DNA of 64,000 nt from Nostoc sp. (GCA_036918135.1 JBALDB010000002.1:128001-192000), one strand, 5' to 3'; counted from the first letter of the stretch, positions 36,793-47,725 are shown. Made by a program: numbers and translations. The notes: generated from the letters alone by a model not told the origin.

Positions 36793-38973
36793 TTAACGAT
36801 TAATTTTCCAGATAGTTACCTTTTCCGATGAAACTGGAATACTTTGATTAGAGCTTTTCCAAATAGCCTGTATACATGCTGGGTCATTTACAAGTAAGGG
36901 ATGAGTTGAATACTCAATAAGATGAGTCGCTGGAGTTGCTATCAGGAGTCGGCAAAATTGTTCTGATTGAGATGTTGCCCATAAGTCTTTAATAACTTGC
37001 TCTCGATTCTCTGAGGGAAAAATTTTTAATATTAGCTTGTTTAAAGGTTCATAATTCTTTTCTAGATAAGTTGCCCTCCCACTAATACTGGTTAATACAA
37101 AACTTTGGTGTTCTACATATTCACCCGTATACTTATGCGTTAAAGTTATAGAATTTTGTGGCGTATTATCATGAATGTAAGTAAGAGCCATTTGTTCATT
37201 AGCACTTAGTGTGGCTGCTAATGAGTACACCTCAGTCATTAAAAGACTAGGTTTAGCAAGCTGTTTTGCAGCCAGAGAGATTACGACAAAAGCGACTACT
37301 AAACTAATCTGCGTTGGTCTTGTTAAGGATATATGAGGTTGGAAAAACTGATAAACCTGATAGAGTCCAGGAATCATTAATAAAAATGGATACCATCTTG
37401 TTGGCAAAAGTAGTTCTGCCGCAAGTGAGAAATCATCATAACTAAATTTTAGACACGTTGCACCTAAAGTTGACACAACTGTCATCCATGTAATTAAACT
37501 TGTAAAAAGGAGAAATTCTTGACGTGCTGGTTGGCAAAACAGGTAAATGCTAGTGATAATCAGCAAAGGAATACCTATCATATTCAATGCAACAAAAATA
37601 TAGATAGATAGTATTTGCCAAACCCATTTAAATACTGTCGAATTAGGAATTAAACCGCTTATGAAGTCATGAATTTTTGTAGAAAATGGCCATTCATTAA
37701 TAAAGCTATATGGCCATTCTTCAGGATTACTTAAACTATTCAAGCCGAAGTTTAAACTCGCAGTCCCACTTAGATAAATAGGAGATTGCATCTCCAAATA
37801 AATTAATAAACTTAAAGCCACAGCAAGACCAGCAGCAACAAGATATACTCTTTGACTAGTGCGTTTCCAGCCGTAGGCTGTCAGTAACAGGAAACCTGGC
37901 AACATTGGCAAAAATACATGAACTCGAAAACGGCTTGTTGCTACTACCATGATTGCGGTAATAATCAGAATTACATCAACAGGTTGTTTTCTATAACAAC
38001 GAACAGAAATTAGCAAAACTCCCAAAAGAGTTCCGTAAGCGACTAACATCCCACTATACATTTGTGGAGAAATTAAAATAGTTGGCTCTATTCCACTAGA
38101 AACATGGGGAAACAAAGTAAAATAACCAAATTGAAACTCGGTTGCCATCAAAGGTGGATATGAGATAGCTGTAACATACATTGTTGCTGTTGCCAGATAT
38201 CCGGCGACCTTACTGCTGCTCAATATTTTGACGATGCTGTATATTACCAAACACATCCCAATTGCGATAATGGTGTTATGATAAATAATTTGTACTCGCA
38301 ACATATCCGTCTGACCTGTGAAGCGTGAGAGCAAGACGGTTGTTAGATGAGGAAACATGTGATAGGCGAATTCAGGTATTCCCGCTATATTAAATTGTTG
38401 TACAGGTGGTACGTGTCTAGCCAATTCATAGGTTAGACTTATAAAGTAATGATAATCAACATCTAGTAGCGATTTATAAGTATTAGTTGTCGGGTTATAC
38501 TCCCAGGTTCTTTGGTAGGGGAGATTGACTACTAAACTCACTGCAATTAATAAAGCGAGTACCCAATCAAACTGCCGCCAGCTAAGATAATTAATCTGAA
38601 TATTTAACCAAAAGTTTTTACGAATTAAATAAATTATCAAGCCAATAAAAATTGTAGTCAGTCCAATATAAAACAATAGCTCCAGATGAGATACAGCTAA
38701 AGCAAAGTAAATAAAAGTTGTCAGGGAATAACTGGCGATCGCACTCAATGTAAAACGAACTATAGGCTCTTGTACTTGTCGCTTTAGCAACAGATAAAAT
38801 AATGCACCCAGAGGCATCCAAAGTAAAGCTGTTCCTAAACAAAAACGAATAAATTCAACTACATTCCATTGACTTGCCACCAAGTAATAAACTAAAGCAA
38901 ACAAAGTAATAGTAGCTAAAAATAGAGTAATAAAACTTGATTTTCGAGTTATTATTTTTGAGATTTCAAGCAT
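36793..38973 (-). CDS. Polytopic membrane protein, probable GT-C glycosyltransferase
   Basis: 726 aa with many TM helices; first large loop DVDYHY...YEL; C-terminal soluble domain YIHDNTP...ISGR; directly upstream of gtrA/gtrB-like genes. Confidence 0.6.
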   Translation of the reverse strand: MLEISKIITRKSSFITLFLATITLFALVYYLVASQWNVVEFIRFCLGTALLWMPLGALFYLLLKRQVQEPIVRFTLSAIASYSLTTFIYFALAVSHLELLFYIGLTTIFIGLIIYLIRKNFWLNIQINYLSWRQFDWVLALLIAVSLVVNLPYQRTWEYNPTTNTYKSLLDVDYHYFISLTYELARHVPPVQQFNIAGIPEFAYHMFPHLTTVLLSRFTGQTDMLRVQIIYHNTIIAIGMCLVIYSIVKILSSSKVAGYLATATMYVTAISYPPLMATEFQFGYFTLFPHVSSGIEPTILISPQMYSGMLVAYGTLLGVLLISVRCYRKQPVDVILIITAIMVVATSRFRVHVFLPMLPGFLLLTAYGWKRTSQRVYLVAAGLAVALSLLIYLEMQSPIYLSGTASLNFGLNSLSNPEEWPYSFINEWPFSTKIHDFISGLIPNSTVFKWVWQILSIYIFVALNMIGIPLLIITSIYLFCQPARQEFLLFTSLITWMTVVSTLGATCLKFSYDDFSLAAELLLPTRWYPFLLMIPGLYQVYQFFQPHISLTRPTQISLVVAFVVISLAAKQLAKPSLLMTEVYSLAATLSANEQMALTYIHDNTPQNSITLTHKYTGEYVEHQSFVLTSISGRATYLEKNYEPLNKLILKIFPSENREQVIKDLWATSQSEQFCRLLIATPATHLIEYSTHPLLVNDPACIQAIWKSSNQSIPVSSEKVTIWKINR

Positions 38974-39246
38974 GTTTTTATATATTTGGTAAAATATGCT
39001 TATTAATTACTTGTTAAGCAAAATTGTATATCCAAGTGGATCATCTTTAGAACCTAAGCTTAAAGCTAAGGAAAGATGTCCGACAAAAATACATAAAATG
39101 AGAAATGGAAAAAGAATTAAGTTTTATATAATTTTTAAAAGCGATAATATACTTATTTTTGGGTATAATAAATGTCTAAAATAGACAACAATAATTTTAG
39201 AAGCGATCGCAGTAATGTCTGTTCCTCTAGGTATAATTTTAATTTT

Positions 39247-39366
39247 AGAACCTTCATTCCATTCACTATCTGATAGCAGGCAAAAGATTCTCCCTGATTC
39301 ACTCTTTAACTTCTTTGCTAGAGCTAATCCATTGGATAAAGACAACCCATGACCTAAACTTCCTGG
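39247..39366 (-). pseudogene. Transketolase N-subunit fragment
   Basis: PGSLGHGLSLSNGLALAKK...IFCLLSDSEWNEGS is the GSLGHGL plus TPP-binding motif region; about 40 codons only. Confidence 0.75.
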
Positions 39367-40285
39367 TTTAAATAATTAAAGGCTTGTAGTAAGTGTTGAA
39401 GCGCTTCAGCGCTAACTACGAGCAATTTTTCTTATTTAGTTTATTCTCACGTACGTACTTAACTATAATGGCAATCTATATAATTTAGCAAGCGAATAAT
39501 AATAGAGAATTCTTATCAATAATTTGAGAACCTATGTTTTTAAGCCCTATAAATCATTTTTAACTTTTGATAGATGTTAAAGTAAGGATTTAAGTGGAAA
39601 GTTTTGAGAAAAAAGACAAAAAGTATAGAATATCACAATCATAAATTAAGATTATTATTCTCTACAGTTGTTAATTTAATGAGCCTTATCGTCTGTGGAG
39701 TCCATATATTAGTAAATGTAGCCCAGTATATCTTTACAGAGTTTAGTTTTTTTGCACTGACTTAGTTAATGCTCTTTAATCACTCCCTGAAGAGAATAAT
39801 CGAAAAATTGCAGAAAATATCATCTATCTAAAGATGCTTTACATAAAAATATTTTATTTTGACATACTAAAGAATAGAAAAAAATTATGAAATGCTTCTT
39901 GTTAAAGCAACTAATTCCTGATAGGGTAATTGAAATAAAATAGAAATTATTCGCAACAAACCAGACATTGAATAGTTGCTCAATTCCAAGCATTGAGTTT
40001 GTCTGAGAAACGAACCTTACTGCTTTATCCCGCAAGACTAGATTTTTGGTGTTGCTGAATTAAAATATTAATCACGCGTAGCTTGTCATAGACATAGTTG
40101 CAATTAGACGGGGGCTACACGTCTTGAGTGATACTGAACCATATTTAAATGTACCTTTATTTGGTGGGATAGCAATCGAGTTAAACTTTCACAGCAGGAT
40201 ATGACATTGTGTCAAAATCTTTTCAAGACTTTGCTAGTAAGTGTGGCAAGTATTTGGTAAATACAAATTAAACTTCAATGAGGTA

Positions 40286-41152
40286 TTACCTTTGCACCAA
40301 ACCCACCTGTCCTCCAATTAATCCTAGAAATCCTGTTCCAAAATGCTGAATTTCCAGAAAACTTGCTTGCTCTGGTGAGGTTTTGTAAATTCGGAATGTC
40401 TTCATAATTCCCAAAGTAGCAGCACTTTCTAGAGGGCCAACAAAGCTTGTATCTCGGTCAATAAAATAAGGTTTATTAGCCCATTGAACCATCTGATTTG
40501 CATTTAAAAAATAACAGCCTGCATGAGGATTGAGGGCACGATGAAAGATAATTGGTGTATTCATAATTGTACCCTTGAGTTCTTGTTGCTCTTGTACATT
40601 TTGAAAGGGAGCAGTTACTCGCAAAGCCAAATCTCCATCAATGTAAGCTTTATGAACTAAACCGTGAGGGGAAATTTCATAACGATTTGGCTGGAGCAAG
40701 TTCGAGTCACCCGCTTGTTGGGTAAACCAGTTTAATTTGATAAAAAACCAAGGGTCATGGATAATTAAATCATCTTCTAGAAAGCAGTAGTAATCATATT
40801 GACCAAGACAACTTTGCAGAACAACTTGGCATTCAAATCCTAAAAGCATAGGTTCTACATTAGTAGAATGATGCCTATATAAATGGGATAGTACAGAAAG
40901 CTGATTTAAAAGATGATTATTTTGGGTTGTACAAATAACAATATCTAATTCGTGAGATTGGGGTTGATTAGCAGGAAAAGCTAAGCGCTGAGCAATGTTA
41001 ATAATACTTTGAGATTTACCAAATAATTGGTGCAAAGTAGTAAGGCTTTTACTTAAGGCTTGCAAACGGGGTTGGGGGTCTTTGCGTTGGGAAGCATGAC
41101 GACCTTCATTGCTAAATTTAAAAAAATGAGCAATGGTAAGAAGAATTCGCAT
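40286..41152 (-). CDS. Uncharacterised protein, possibly GT-A-like
   Basis: 288-aa ORF with YDYYCFLEDD and QPNRYE; co-oriented with the GT4 gene. Confidence 0.6.
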   Translation of the reverse strand: MRILLTIAHFFKFSNEGRHASQRKDPQPRLQALSKSLTTLHQLFGKSQSIINIAQRLAFPANQPQSHELDIVICTTQNNHLLNQLSVLSHLYRHHSTNVEPMLLGFECQVVLQSCLGQYDYYCFLEDDLIIHDPWFFIKLNWFTQQAGDSNLLQPNRYEISPHGLVHKAYIDGDLALRVTAPFQNVQEQQELKGTIMNTPIIFHRALNPHAGCYFLNANQMVQWANKPYFIDRDTSFVGPLESAATLGIMKTFRIYKTSPEQASFLEIQHFGTGFLGLIGGQVGLVQR

Positions 41153-41196
41153 TTTAAATATTAGTTTTTTAGTTATTTGTCAGTGGTTACTTGTGC

Positions 41197-41247
41197 TAAG
41201 CGTACCCCTGCTCTTAAGGAAGCTACGCGTAGCGTCTCGTAGAGAAG
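41197..41247. repeat. Small dispersed repeat cluster within heptamer repeats
   Basis: GCGTACCCC...GGAAGCTACGCGTAGCGTCTCGTAGAGAA; shares TACCCC..GGAAGC with 4671-4694. Confidence 0.45.
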
Positions 41248-41295
41248 CATTGGTCATTTGTTAATATCTAATACTCCATACCGCAATTTTAATAC

Positions 41296-42564
41296 CTAAT
41301 TTCCGCCGAATCCTTTAGAAATTTTAGGAGTTTGGCGCTTTTTAAAACTTTCAGAATTTTTAGTAGCGAAAATCCATTGCAAATGCTGTGGTAATAATTT
41401 TGCCAAATCGTAATGCTTGAGAATTGTTGCTCGCGCGTTGGCACGAATTGCATTCATTTCCTGAGGATAATTTAGGGCTTCCTCAACCCTATTAGCAATA
41501 TTTTGAGGAGAAAAGAAATCTACCAGCAGTCCATTAATTCCATCTTGTACAACCTCTAACACTGGCGCAGTCTTGGAAGTCACTAGCACGCATCCCACGG
41601 ACATTGCTTCTAACATTGACCATGATAAAACAAAAGGACGAGTTAAATAAATATGTGCAGAAGAAGCTTGTAATACCTGAAGATACTCATGGTAAGGTAG
41701 GCTGTCTGTAAAGTGCAGCCTTGATAAATCTAAAGATAATTTTTCCAGCATTAATTGTTTATAAGTTTTGCCATCAGGAAGATTTTTCCCATAAGCAACT
41801 CTATCTTCTCCCACAACTACTACATGGCACTTAGGCCGCCGCTGCTGAATTAACGCTACGGCTTCCATAAACTGGGGAAAACCTCTATAAGGTTCCATTC
41901 CTCGTCCTACATAAGTTACTAACTCCTCTACATGGGAAAGGTCGAGATTTATTCTTGGTAAAACTAATTTTGCGCTTGGTTTGGGAGCAAAATATTTTGT
42001 ATCAACGCCATCATGACATACTGTGATTTTATTCTGAAATTCTTTAGGAAATTGTTGCCGCTGCCAATGAGTAGGAGAAAGTCCGCGATCGCAACTATAT
42101 AAATCAGTTAAAATTGGTGCATTTTTCACGCGAATTCGACATATATCATCAACATTTAATGGGTCGCTAGGATCGAAATCTGCGTCAGAACCGCGAGCAT
42201 GGTAAAACCACTCGAAATAACACAACAATTCTGCTTTGGGAAATACATCTTTCATAAACAAAGTCGGCCCCCAACCAGAATGACCGTAAACTATATCTGG
42301 AACGAAACCCTCAGCTTTTAATTTTTCTCCAATCCGATAAACAGCTTGACCAGTGAGTACAGCATTTTCCAAGCTGCGAACGTAATGGTGGGTTTGGGGA
42401 GCAGCTTCACGAGAAGGAGTATAAATAGCTTTATAAACACCAGATATTTCTCCTTCTCGACGATTTGTACCAAAGACAACTTTGCAATTATTATCCTTAC
42501 CCAAAAATATTGCCAGATTGCGAAACTGCGCGGGAAAGTTGGGATGTAAAAATAAAATTTGCAT
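41296..42564 (-). CDS. GT4 glycosyltransferase (ExpC-like)
   Basis: FLHPNFPAQF, GHSGWG, GRGMEPYRGF and LTRPFVLSWSMLEAM motifs. Confidence 0.9.
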   Translation of the reverse strand: MQILFLHPNFPAQFRNLAIFLGKDNNCKVVFGTNRREGEISGVYKAIYTPSREAAPQTHHYVRSLENAVLTGQAVYRIGEKLKAEGFVPDIVYGHSGWGPTLFMKDVFPKAELLCYFEWFYHARGSDADFDPSDPLNVDDICRIRVKNAPILTDLYSCDRGLSPTHWQRQQFPKEFQNKITVCHDGVDTKYFAPKPSAKLVLPRINLDLSHVEELVTYVGRGMEPYRGFPQFMEAVALIQQRRPKCHVVVVGEDRVAYGKNLPDGKTYKQLMLEKLSLDLSRLHFTDSLPYHEYLQVLQASSAHIYLTRPFVLSWSMLEAMSVGCVLVTSKTAPVLEVVQDGINGLLVDFFSPQNIANRVEEALNYPQEMNAIRANARATILKHYDLAKLLPQHLQWIFATKNSESFKKRQTPKISKGFGGN

Positions 42565-43048
42565 ATAAATAATTTTAATTTTTGTATTTTAAAATAAAAT
42601 AGTAGTCAAAATTGACAATTTAGAATTTGTCATTATTCTAATATAGTAGTATCTAACAATTATATTTGATTTACGAAAATTAAAAGTAATATATTTCCCA
42701 ACTCTTAAATAATTCGGGTATATTTTCTTTCGTTAAAAATTAATTATAGCTATTTTGATTCATTATAATTTATCTCAATTCTTCAACAATTCTAACTGCT
42801 AATTGTCACAAGGTTTTTCAGATTATTAAGATTTTTAAAATATATTTTTGTAATTAAATATTAGTTTACCTAAATTATTCTTGAATACCTATACTAAATT
42901 ACGTTCATAAATAGCATCTAGAAATGAAGTAACATCTTCCTAATCCCCCTCATCGAATGCAACTCGATATCAGCACTTGTAACCGAGCGCTGTTTTAGCG
43001 AACCGTTGCCCGAAAATGCGAAAATAATCACAAATTTGGGTGATGACC

Positions 43049-43780
43049 ATGAAATTTATTGGTATTGATTTAGGTTGGAAATCGCAACCAAGTGGACTTT
43101 GCTACTTAGAATGGATAAATGGACAACTGCAACTACTCGAATTAGACCGCAAAGAAGCCATTGCAGATATCCTGAGGTGGATTGATGAGTGCATACAACC
43201 AGACGAACCAGCTATTATTGCTGTAGATGCACCTACCCTCATACCCAACGAAGGTGGAAGTCGCCTTCCAGACAAACTCACCCACAAATACTTTGGTAAA
43301 TATCATGCTGGATGCTACCCAGCTAACAAAAACCTACCCTTCGCCGATCGCACTATCAACTTTGGCTTAGAATTAGAATCTCGCGGCTATGTACACGCAC
43401 CCACCATCGAACCCCAAAAACTTGGCAGATATCAAATAGAAGTCTTTCCCCATCCAGCAATTGTTCATCTATTTAACTTAGAACGCATCCTCAAATACAA
43501 AAAAGGACGCCTTAGCGAACGTCGCTTAGAATTAATCAAACTTCAAAATTATCTTCTCAATATCCTCCCCTCTCTTTCTCCTGCTGTGCGTCTGGACGAT
43601 TCATTTTTTTTGGAAATTCCAACCACAGGCGCAGCCCTGAAAGCAATTGAAGATAAACTAGATGGTCTAATTTGCGCTTACGTTGCTGCATACTGGTGGT
43701 ATTGGGGAGAACAACATAATTTAGTACTTGGCGATCGCACTACTGGCTATATTGTGATTCCTCAAAGGATTTTAGCTTAA
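43049..43780 (+). CDS. DUF429 family (predicted RNase H-fold nuclease)
   Basis: FIGIDLGW, AVDAP, IEVFPH and EDKLDGLICA motifs. Confidence 0.85.
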   Translation: MKFIGIDLGWKSQPSGLCYLEWINGQLQLLELDRKEAIADILRWIDECIQPDEPAIIAVDAPTLIPNEGGSRLPDKLTHKYFGKYHAGCYPANKNLPFADRTINFGLELESRGYVHAPTIEPQKLGRYQIEVFPHPAIVHLFNLERILKYKKGRLSERRLELIKLQNYLLNILPSLSPAVRLDDSFFLEIPTTGAALKAIEDKLDGLICAYVAAYWWYWGEQHNLVLGDRTTGYIVIPQRILA

Positions 43781-43905
43781 AATGGGCATTGCAGAAATTG
43801 GAATTTTATTTCACCCAGAGGCAACAGAGTCCGCACAACAGAAGTGTTAGATTATTAGGTAATAAAGCCGTAAACCTACTCTCCAGTTCTTTTTACCGAG
43901 GTTTT

Positions 43906-44379
43906 ATGCAAGGAGTTAATTCTAATTTGAGTTTAAAAGAGCTTTATGAAATTGATGAGCATCTGTGGTTAGAGGAAACAATAAAATTATTGAAAGCTAA
44001 TCATTTAGAAGAATTAGATTTAGAAAATTTAATTGAGGAATTAGAAAATTTGGGTCGGAGAGACAAAGCCAGGGTTGCTAGTTTACTATAACAACTGATT
44101 AGACATCTTTTATTATTGCAATATTGGACGGAAGAATCTCAATATAATTCTGGACATGGGAGAGCAGAAATTAGAAGTTTTAGGACTCAATTAAAATGTA
44201 ATTTGACAACAAATCTATATCAATTTTTAGAAAAAGAATTGGCATCAATTTATGATGATGCTTTAGGATATGTTATTGAGAAAACTGAAGGCAAACTAGA
44301 TGATTTACCTCAATCTTGCACTTATACCTTAGAACAGCTATTAGATATTAATTATCTATCTGAAAATTATGTAGAATAA
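43906..44379 (+). pseudogene. DUF29-family gene with a single in-frame stop
   Basis: LYEIDEHLW...LDLENLIEELENLGR...SLL*QLIRHLLLLQYW...; TAA at 44089-44091, and both track ORFs are in the same frame. Confidence 0.85.
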
Positions 44380-44517
44380 CAGACGAGACGCTTAGCTTTT
44401 TGTTTAAGAAGCTGATTTTTGCGATTGTCCCAATTAAATCGCATTTTTTGCTCAACGATTTCTGATAATTTTACTAATGATTATACTGCAAGAGACATCC
44501 GGATTTACTTTAATAAA

Positions 44518-44545
44518 AGGCGTTGCTATTAAATCAGCAACGCCT
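44518..44545. terminator. Hairpin terminator downstream of glgP
   Basis: AGGCGTTGCT-8 nt-AGCAACGCCT, with AAAA on the left giving a U tail on the minus strand. Confidence 0.65.
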
Positions 44546-44577
44546 AATCTTAAGTATTTAAAAAGTATTCACTAGCC

Positions 44578-47142
44578 TTATTCTGCCCAAGCAATCAACC
44601 TTGGCTCATAGGGATTAGCCAGGTGTTCATTTTTTGGCAATACCCGCAAAGATAAGCCTTGCAAACCAGAGTGAGTGTAGGTAATATTAGCCGTGTAACT
44701 ACTCAATCCTTGGCTATCTTCACCTTGGTAATCCATTACCACTGGTACGGCGTTGACAATATCACCATTGGCATCGATCGCACCTTGATATAACTCTACC
44801 TGCACATCATTATTAACCAAAGTTGCCAAGTCAACTTTAGCTTTCACAGCCACAGTTTGGTTAACTTCAATATCCGCAGGTGTGGATACATCGATATCTT
44901 TGATTTTGATGTTGAACCAGTGTTCGCCGAGTTTTGCTTTCCAAGCGGCTAGTTCTTTGGCTGGGGCATAGTTCTCAACTGTCAGGGTATGATAGCGATC
45001 GCTAGCTGGAAAATAAGCCCTAAGAGCATATTCTCCTACCATCCGCGCTGTATTAAAAAATGGACAATTCAAGCGAATTGCATCTTTCATTTTGGCAACC
45101 CACGGACGCGGTAAGCCATCACTATCGCGATGTTCATAAAATAGCGGTACAACTTCCTTCTCTAGCAAATCGTAGAGGGCGTTTGCTTCTACTTCATCTT
45201 GATAGTTAGGATCGTCGTAATTTTCTCCATGTCCAATTGCCCAGCCTGTGCGGACATAATCAGCTTCATCCCACCAACCATCTAGGACACTTAGATTCGG
45301 CAATCCATTCATTGAGGCTTTCATGCCACTAGTACCAGAGGCTTCCCGTGGACGACGCGGCGTATTTAACCAAATATCACAACCTGCTACCATCAACCGT
45401 GAGATGTGAATGTCGTAATTGGGAACAAACACTACCTGCTTTTCTAAATCCTGTTCGCGGATGAAGTGATTGATGTCCCGGATTAGTTCTTTACCAGGAA
45501 TATCTTTAGGATGTGCTTTACCAGCAATCACAAATTGCACTTTTCGGTTTTTATTGGTTAATAAAATCTGCTTGATGCGTTCTACATCGCGCATCCAAAG
45601 CGTAGCACGTTTGTAGGTGGCAAAGCGACGAGCAAAGCCGATGGTGAAAGCGTAAGGATCTAAAACTTCTTGGGCTTGGACAATTTCTGAGGGCGAAGCG
45701 CCGCGATCGCGTAAATGCTTCACCAAATGATCTCGCACAAACAATATCATGTCTAGCCGACAGCGTTCGTGATTCCGCCACAATTCTTCATCGGGTATGG
45801 CGTCCATCCGCTCCCACAGTGGGCTATCTACTGGTGCTGATGACCAATTTGGCCCCAGATAGCGATCGTATAACTCTTGAGTTGATTTAGCAACACAACT
45901 GCGAGCGTGAACACCGTTGGTAATGGCAGCGATGGGTACTTCCTCCACTGGCACTTTCTTCCACAAGCCTTGGAACATTTGCCGCGATACTACGCCGTGC
46001 AGTTGTGCTACACCGTTAGAAAATGTTGCCATTTTCAACGCCAGCACTGCCATACTGAAAGGCCCAGATAAATCGCCTGTATTTTCGCGTCCCAGTCCTA
46101 AAAATTGTTCTTTGGGCAAACCAAAGATTTCTGCATAGTATCCCAGATAATACAAAATTTTATCAGGGGCAAACAAGTCAATGCCTGCTGGTACTGGCGT
46201 GTGAGTGGTAAAGATATTGCTAGAAGCCACTACTTGTTTGGCTTCGGCATAATCCAATCCCTCTTCTTGAATCAGCAGCCGGATACGTTCTAGGGCAGAG
46301 AAGGCGGCGTGACCTTCATTCATGTGGTAAGCGGTTACCTTCAACCCTAAAGCTTTGAGCATTTGCACGCCACCGATCCCCAGCATCATTTCCTGGTGGA
46401 TACGCATGTCGATATCGCCACCATAGAGTTGGTCAGTGATATCGTGGTCGTAAACGTTGTTCGGTTCAATGTTGGTGTCTAGAAGATATAGAGGCACCAT
46501 TCCCACCTGTACGCGCCAAACTCTGGCGTACACCTTGCGCCCTGGATAGTCTACTGCAATTCGCAGTTCTGAACCATCTGGATTGCGTTCTGGGTGCAAG
46601 GGCATATTGTAAAAATCGTTGATGGGGTAGCGTTCTTGCTGCCAACCATCAGCATTGAGATACTGGGCAAAGTAACCTTGCTGGTAGAGTAAACCTACAC
46701 CTACAAGTGGTAGCCCCAAATCACTGGCTGATTTGAGGTGATCCCCCGCCAGAACGCCCAAGCCTCCAGAATAAACGGGCAAACAATCTACAAGTCCAAA
46801 TTCCGCCGAAAAATAGGCGTAACATTCTTTTGGCTTATGTTCGCGTTGTTTTTGATACCAAGTGCGCTCTTGGAAATAATCTTCTAATTGACGGTTAGCT
46901 CGATCCATTTGCGCTAGGAAGCCTTCATCTTCGACAACTTCCAAAAGCCGCGCTTGAGAAATAGTACCCAGCATCAACACCGGGTTATGATGGCTAGATT
47001 CCCACAGGTCAGAATCTAAGCGGCGAAATAAATCTTTAGTCTCAACGTTCCAATCCCAGTGCAAGTTATATGCCAGCCGCCGCAGCGGTTCGAGTCGCGG
47101 CGGTAGTGAAGGGGAGACGTTGAATGTGCGAATTGGCTGCAT
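44578..47142 (-). CDS. glgP: Alpha-glucan (glycogen) phosphorylase
   Basis: YSGGLGVLAGD, HMNEGH, FTTHTP, GFARRFATYKR and EASGTSGMK motifs. Confidence 0.97.
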   Translation of the reverse strand: MQPIRTFNVSPSLPPRLEPLRRLAYNLHWDWNVETKDLFRRLDSDLWESSHHNPVLMLGTISQARLLEVVEDEGFLAQMDRANRQLEDYFQERTWYQKQREHKPKECYAYFSAEFGLVDCLPVYSGGLGVLAGDHLKSASDLGLPLVGVGLLYQQGYFAQYLNADGWQQERYPINDFYNMPLHPERNPDGSELRIAVDYPGRKVYARVWRVQVGMVPLYLLDTNIEPNNVYDHDITDQLYGGDIDMRIHQEMMLGIGGVQMLKALGLKVTAYHMNEGHAAFSALERIRLLIQEEGLDYAEAKQVVASSNIFTTHTPVPAGIDLFAPDKILYYLGYYAEIFGLPKEQFLGLGRENTGDLSGPFSMAVLALKMATFSNGVAQLHGVVSRQMFQGLWKKVPVEEVPIAAITNGVHARSCVAKSTQELYDRYLGPNWSSAPVDSPLWERMDAIPDEELWRNHERCRLDMILFVRDHLVKHLRDRGASPSEIVQAQEVLDPYAFTIGFARRFATYKRATLWMRDVERIKQILLTNKNRKVQFVIAGKAHPKDIPGKELIRDINHFIREQDLEKQVVFVPNYDIHISRLMVAGCDIWLNTPRRPREASGTSGMKASMNGLPNLSVLDGWWDEADYVRTGWAIGHGENYDDPNYQDEVEANALYDLLEKEVVPLFYEHRDSDGLPRPWVAKMKDAIRLNCPFFNTARMVGEYALRAYFPASDRYHTLTVENYAPAKELAAWKAKLGEHWFNIKIKDIDVSTPADIEVNQTVAVKAKVDLATLVNNDVQVELYQGAIDANGDIVNAVPVVMDYQGEDSQGLSSYTANITYTHSGLQGLSLRVLPKNEHLANPYEPRLIAWAE

Positions 47143-47639
47143 AGGTTGGCAAAACTCCAAGTTTAGCTATGGTTATTGTTTACTTTATTTACCAATGTTG
47201 CCAATTCTTTATAGTGTATTTTGTGAAAAAGCGATGACTTTGTTAAGCATTGAAAATTTTCTTAACCTCGTTGCACAGTTTACGCGAAGGTATTTTTTAT
47301 TCTATGCGTTACGATAAGCCATGTACTTGGTATATTAAAATTTAATCATTTACTGGCATGTATTCTGGAAAAGAATTTAGTTTTGAAGAAATTATTTAGC
47401 TTTTTTTTAGTATTTATTTAGGGGATCAATTTCCGCGCCTTGACTGAGGCTAATAATTTATCATAGCCAATCCGATAAGCTGGAAAAATTTTAATTATTT
47501 TTTAATAAATCTGTGCTGCTCTAGAGTCGTGATGATGAATAGATTAAGGTTAACCTAAGTTTATGCGCTCGCACGAGATTGGTTCATCTAGCCGGAAACG
47601 ATCGCTGACGAAAACTCTAGCAAGTATGTTATAAAAAAA

Positions 47640-47664
47640 GCGATGTTTACGACGGGCTACGCCT
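47640..47664 (+). repeat. Small dispersed repeat starting with a HIP1 half-site (GCGATGTTTACGACGGGCTACGCCT)
   Basis: Homolog of 2331-2355. Confidence 0.6.
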
Positions 47665-47725
47665 ACCCTAATTTCTTGGTATCAAACATTGATACTACAG
47701 TTAGAAAACAATTTAATATTTTATT

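Noticed and set aside
20400..42950. Prophage or integrative element
   Set aside because: No integrase, transposase, phage structural genes or att repeats seen.
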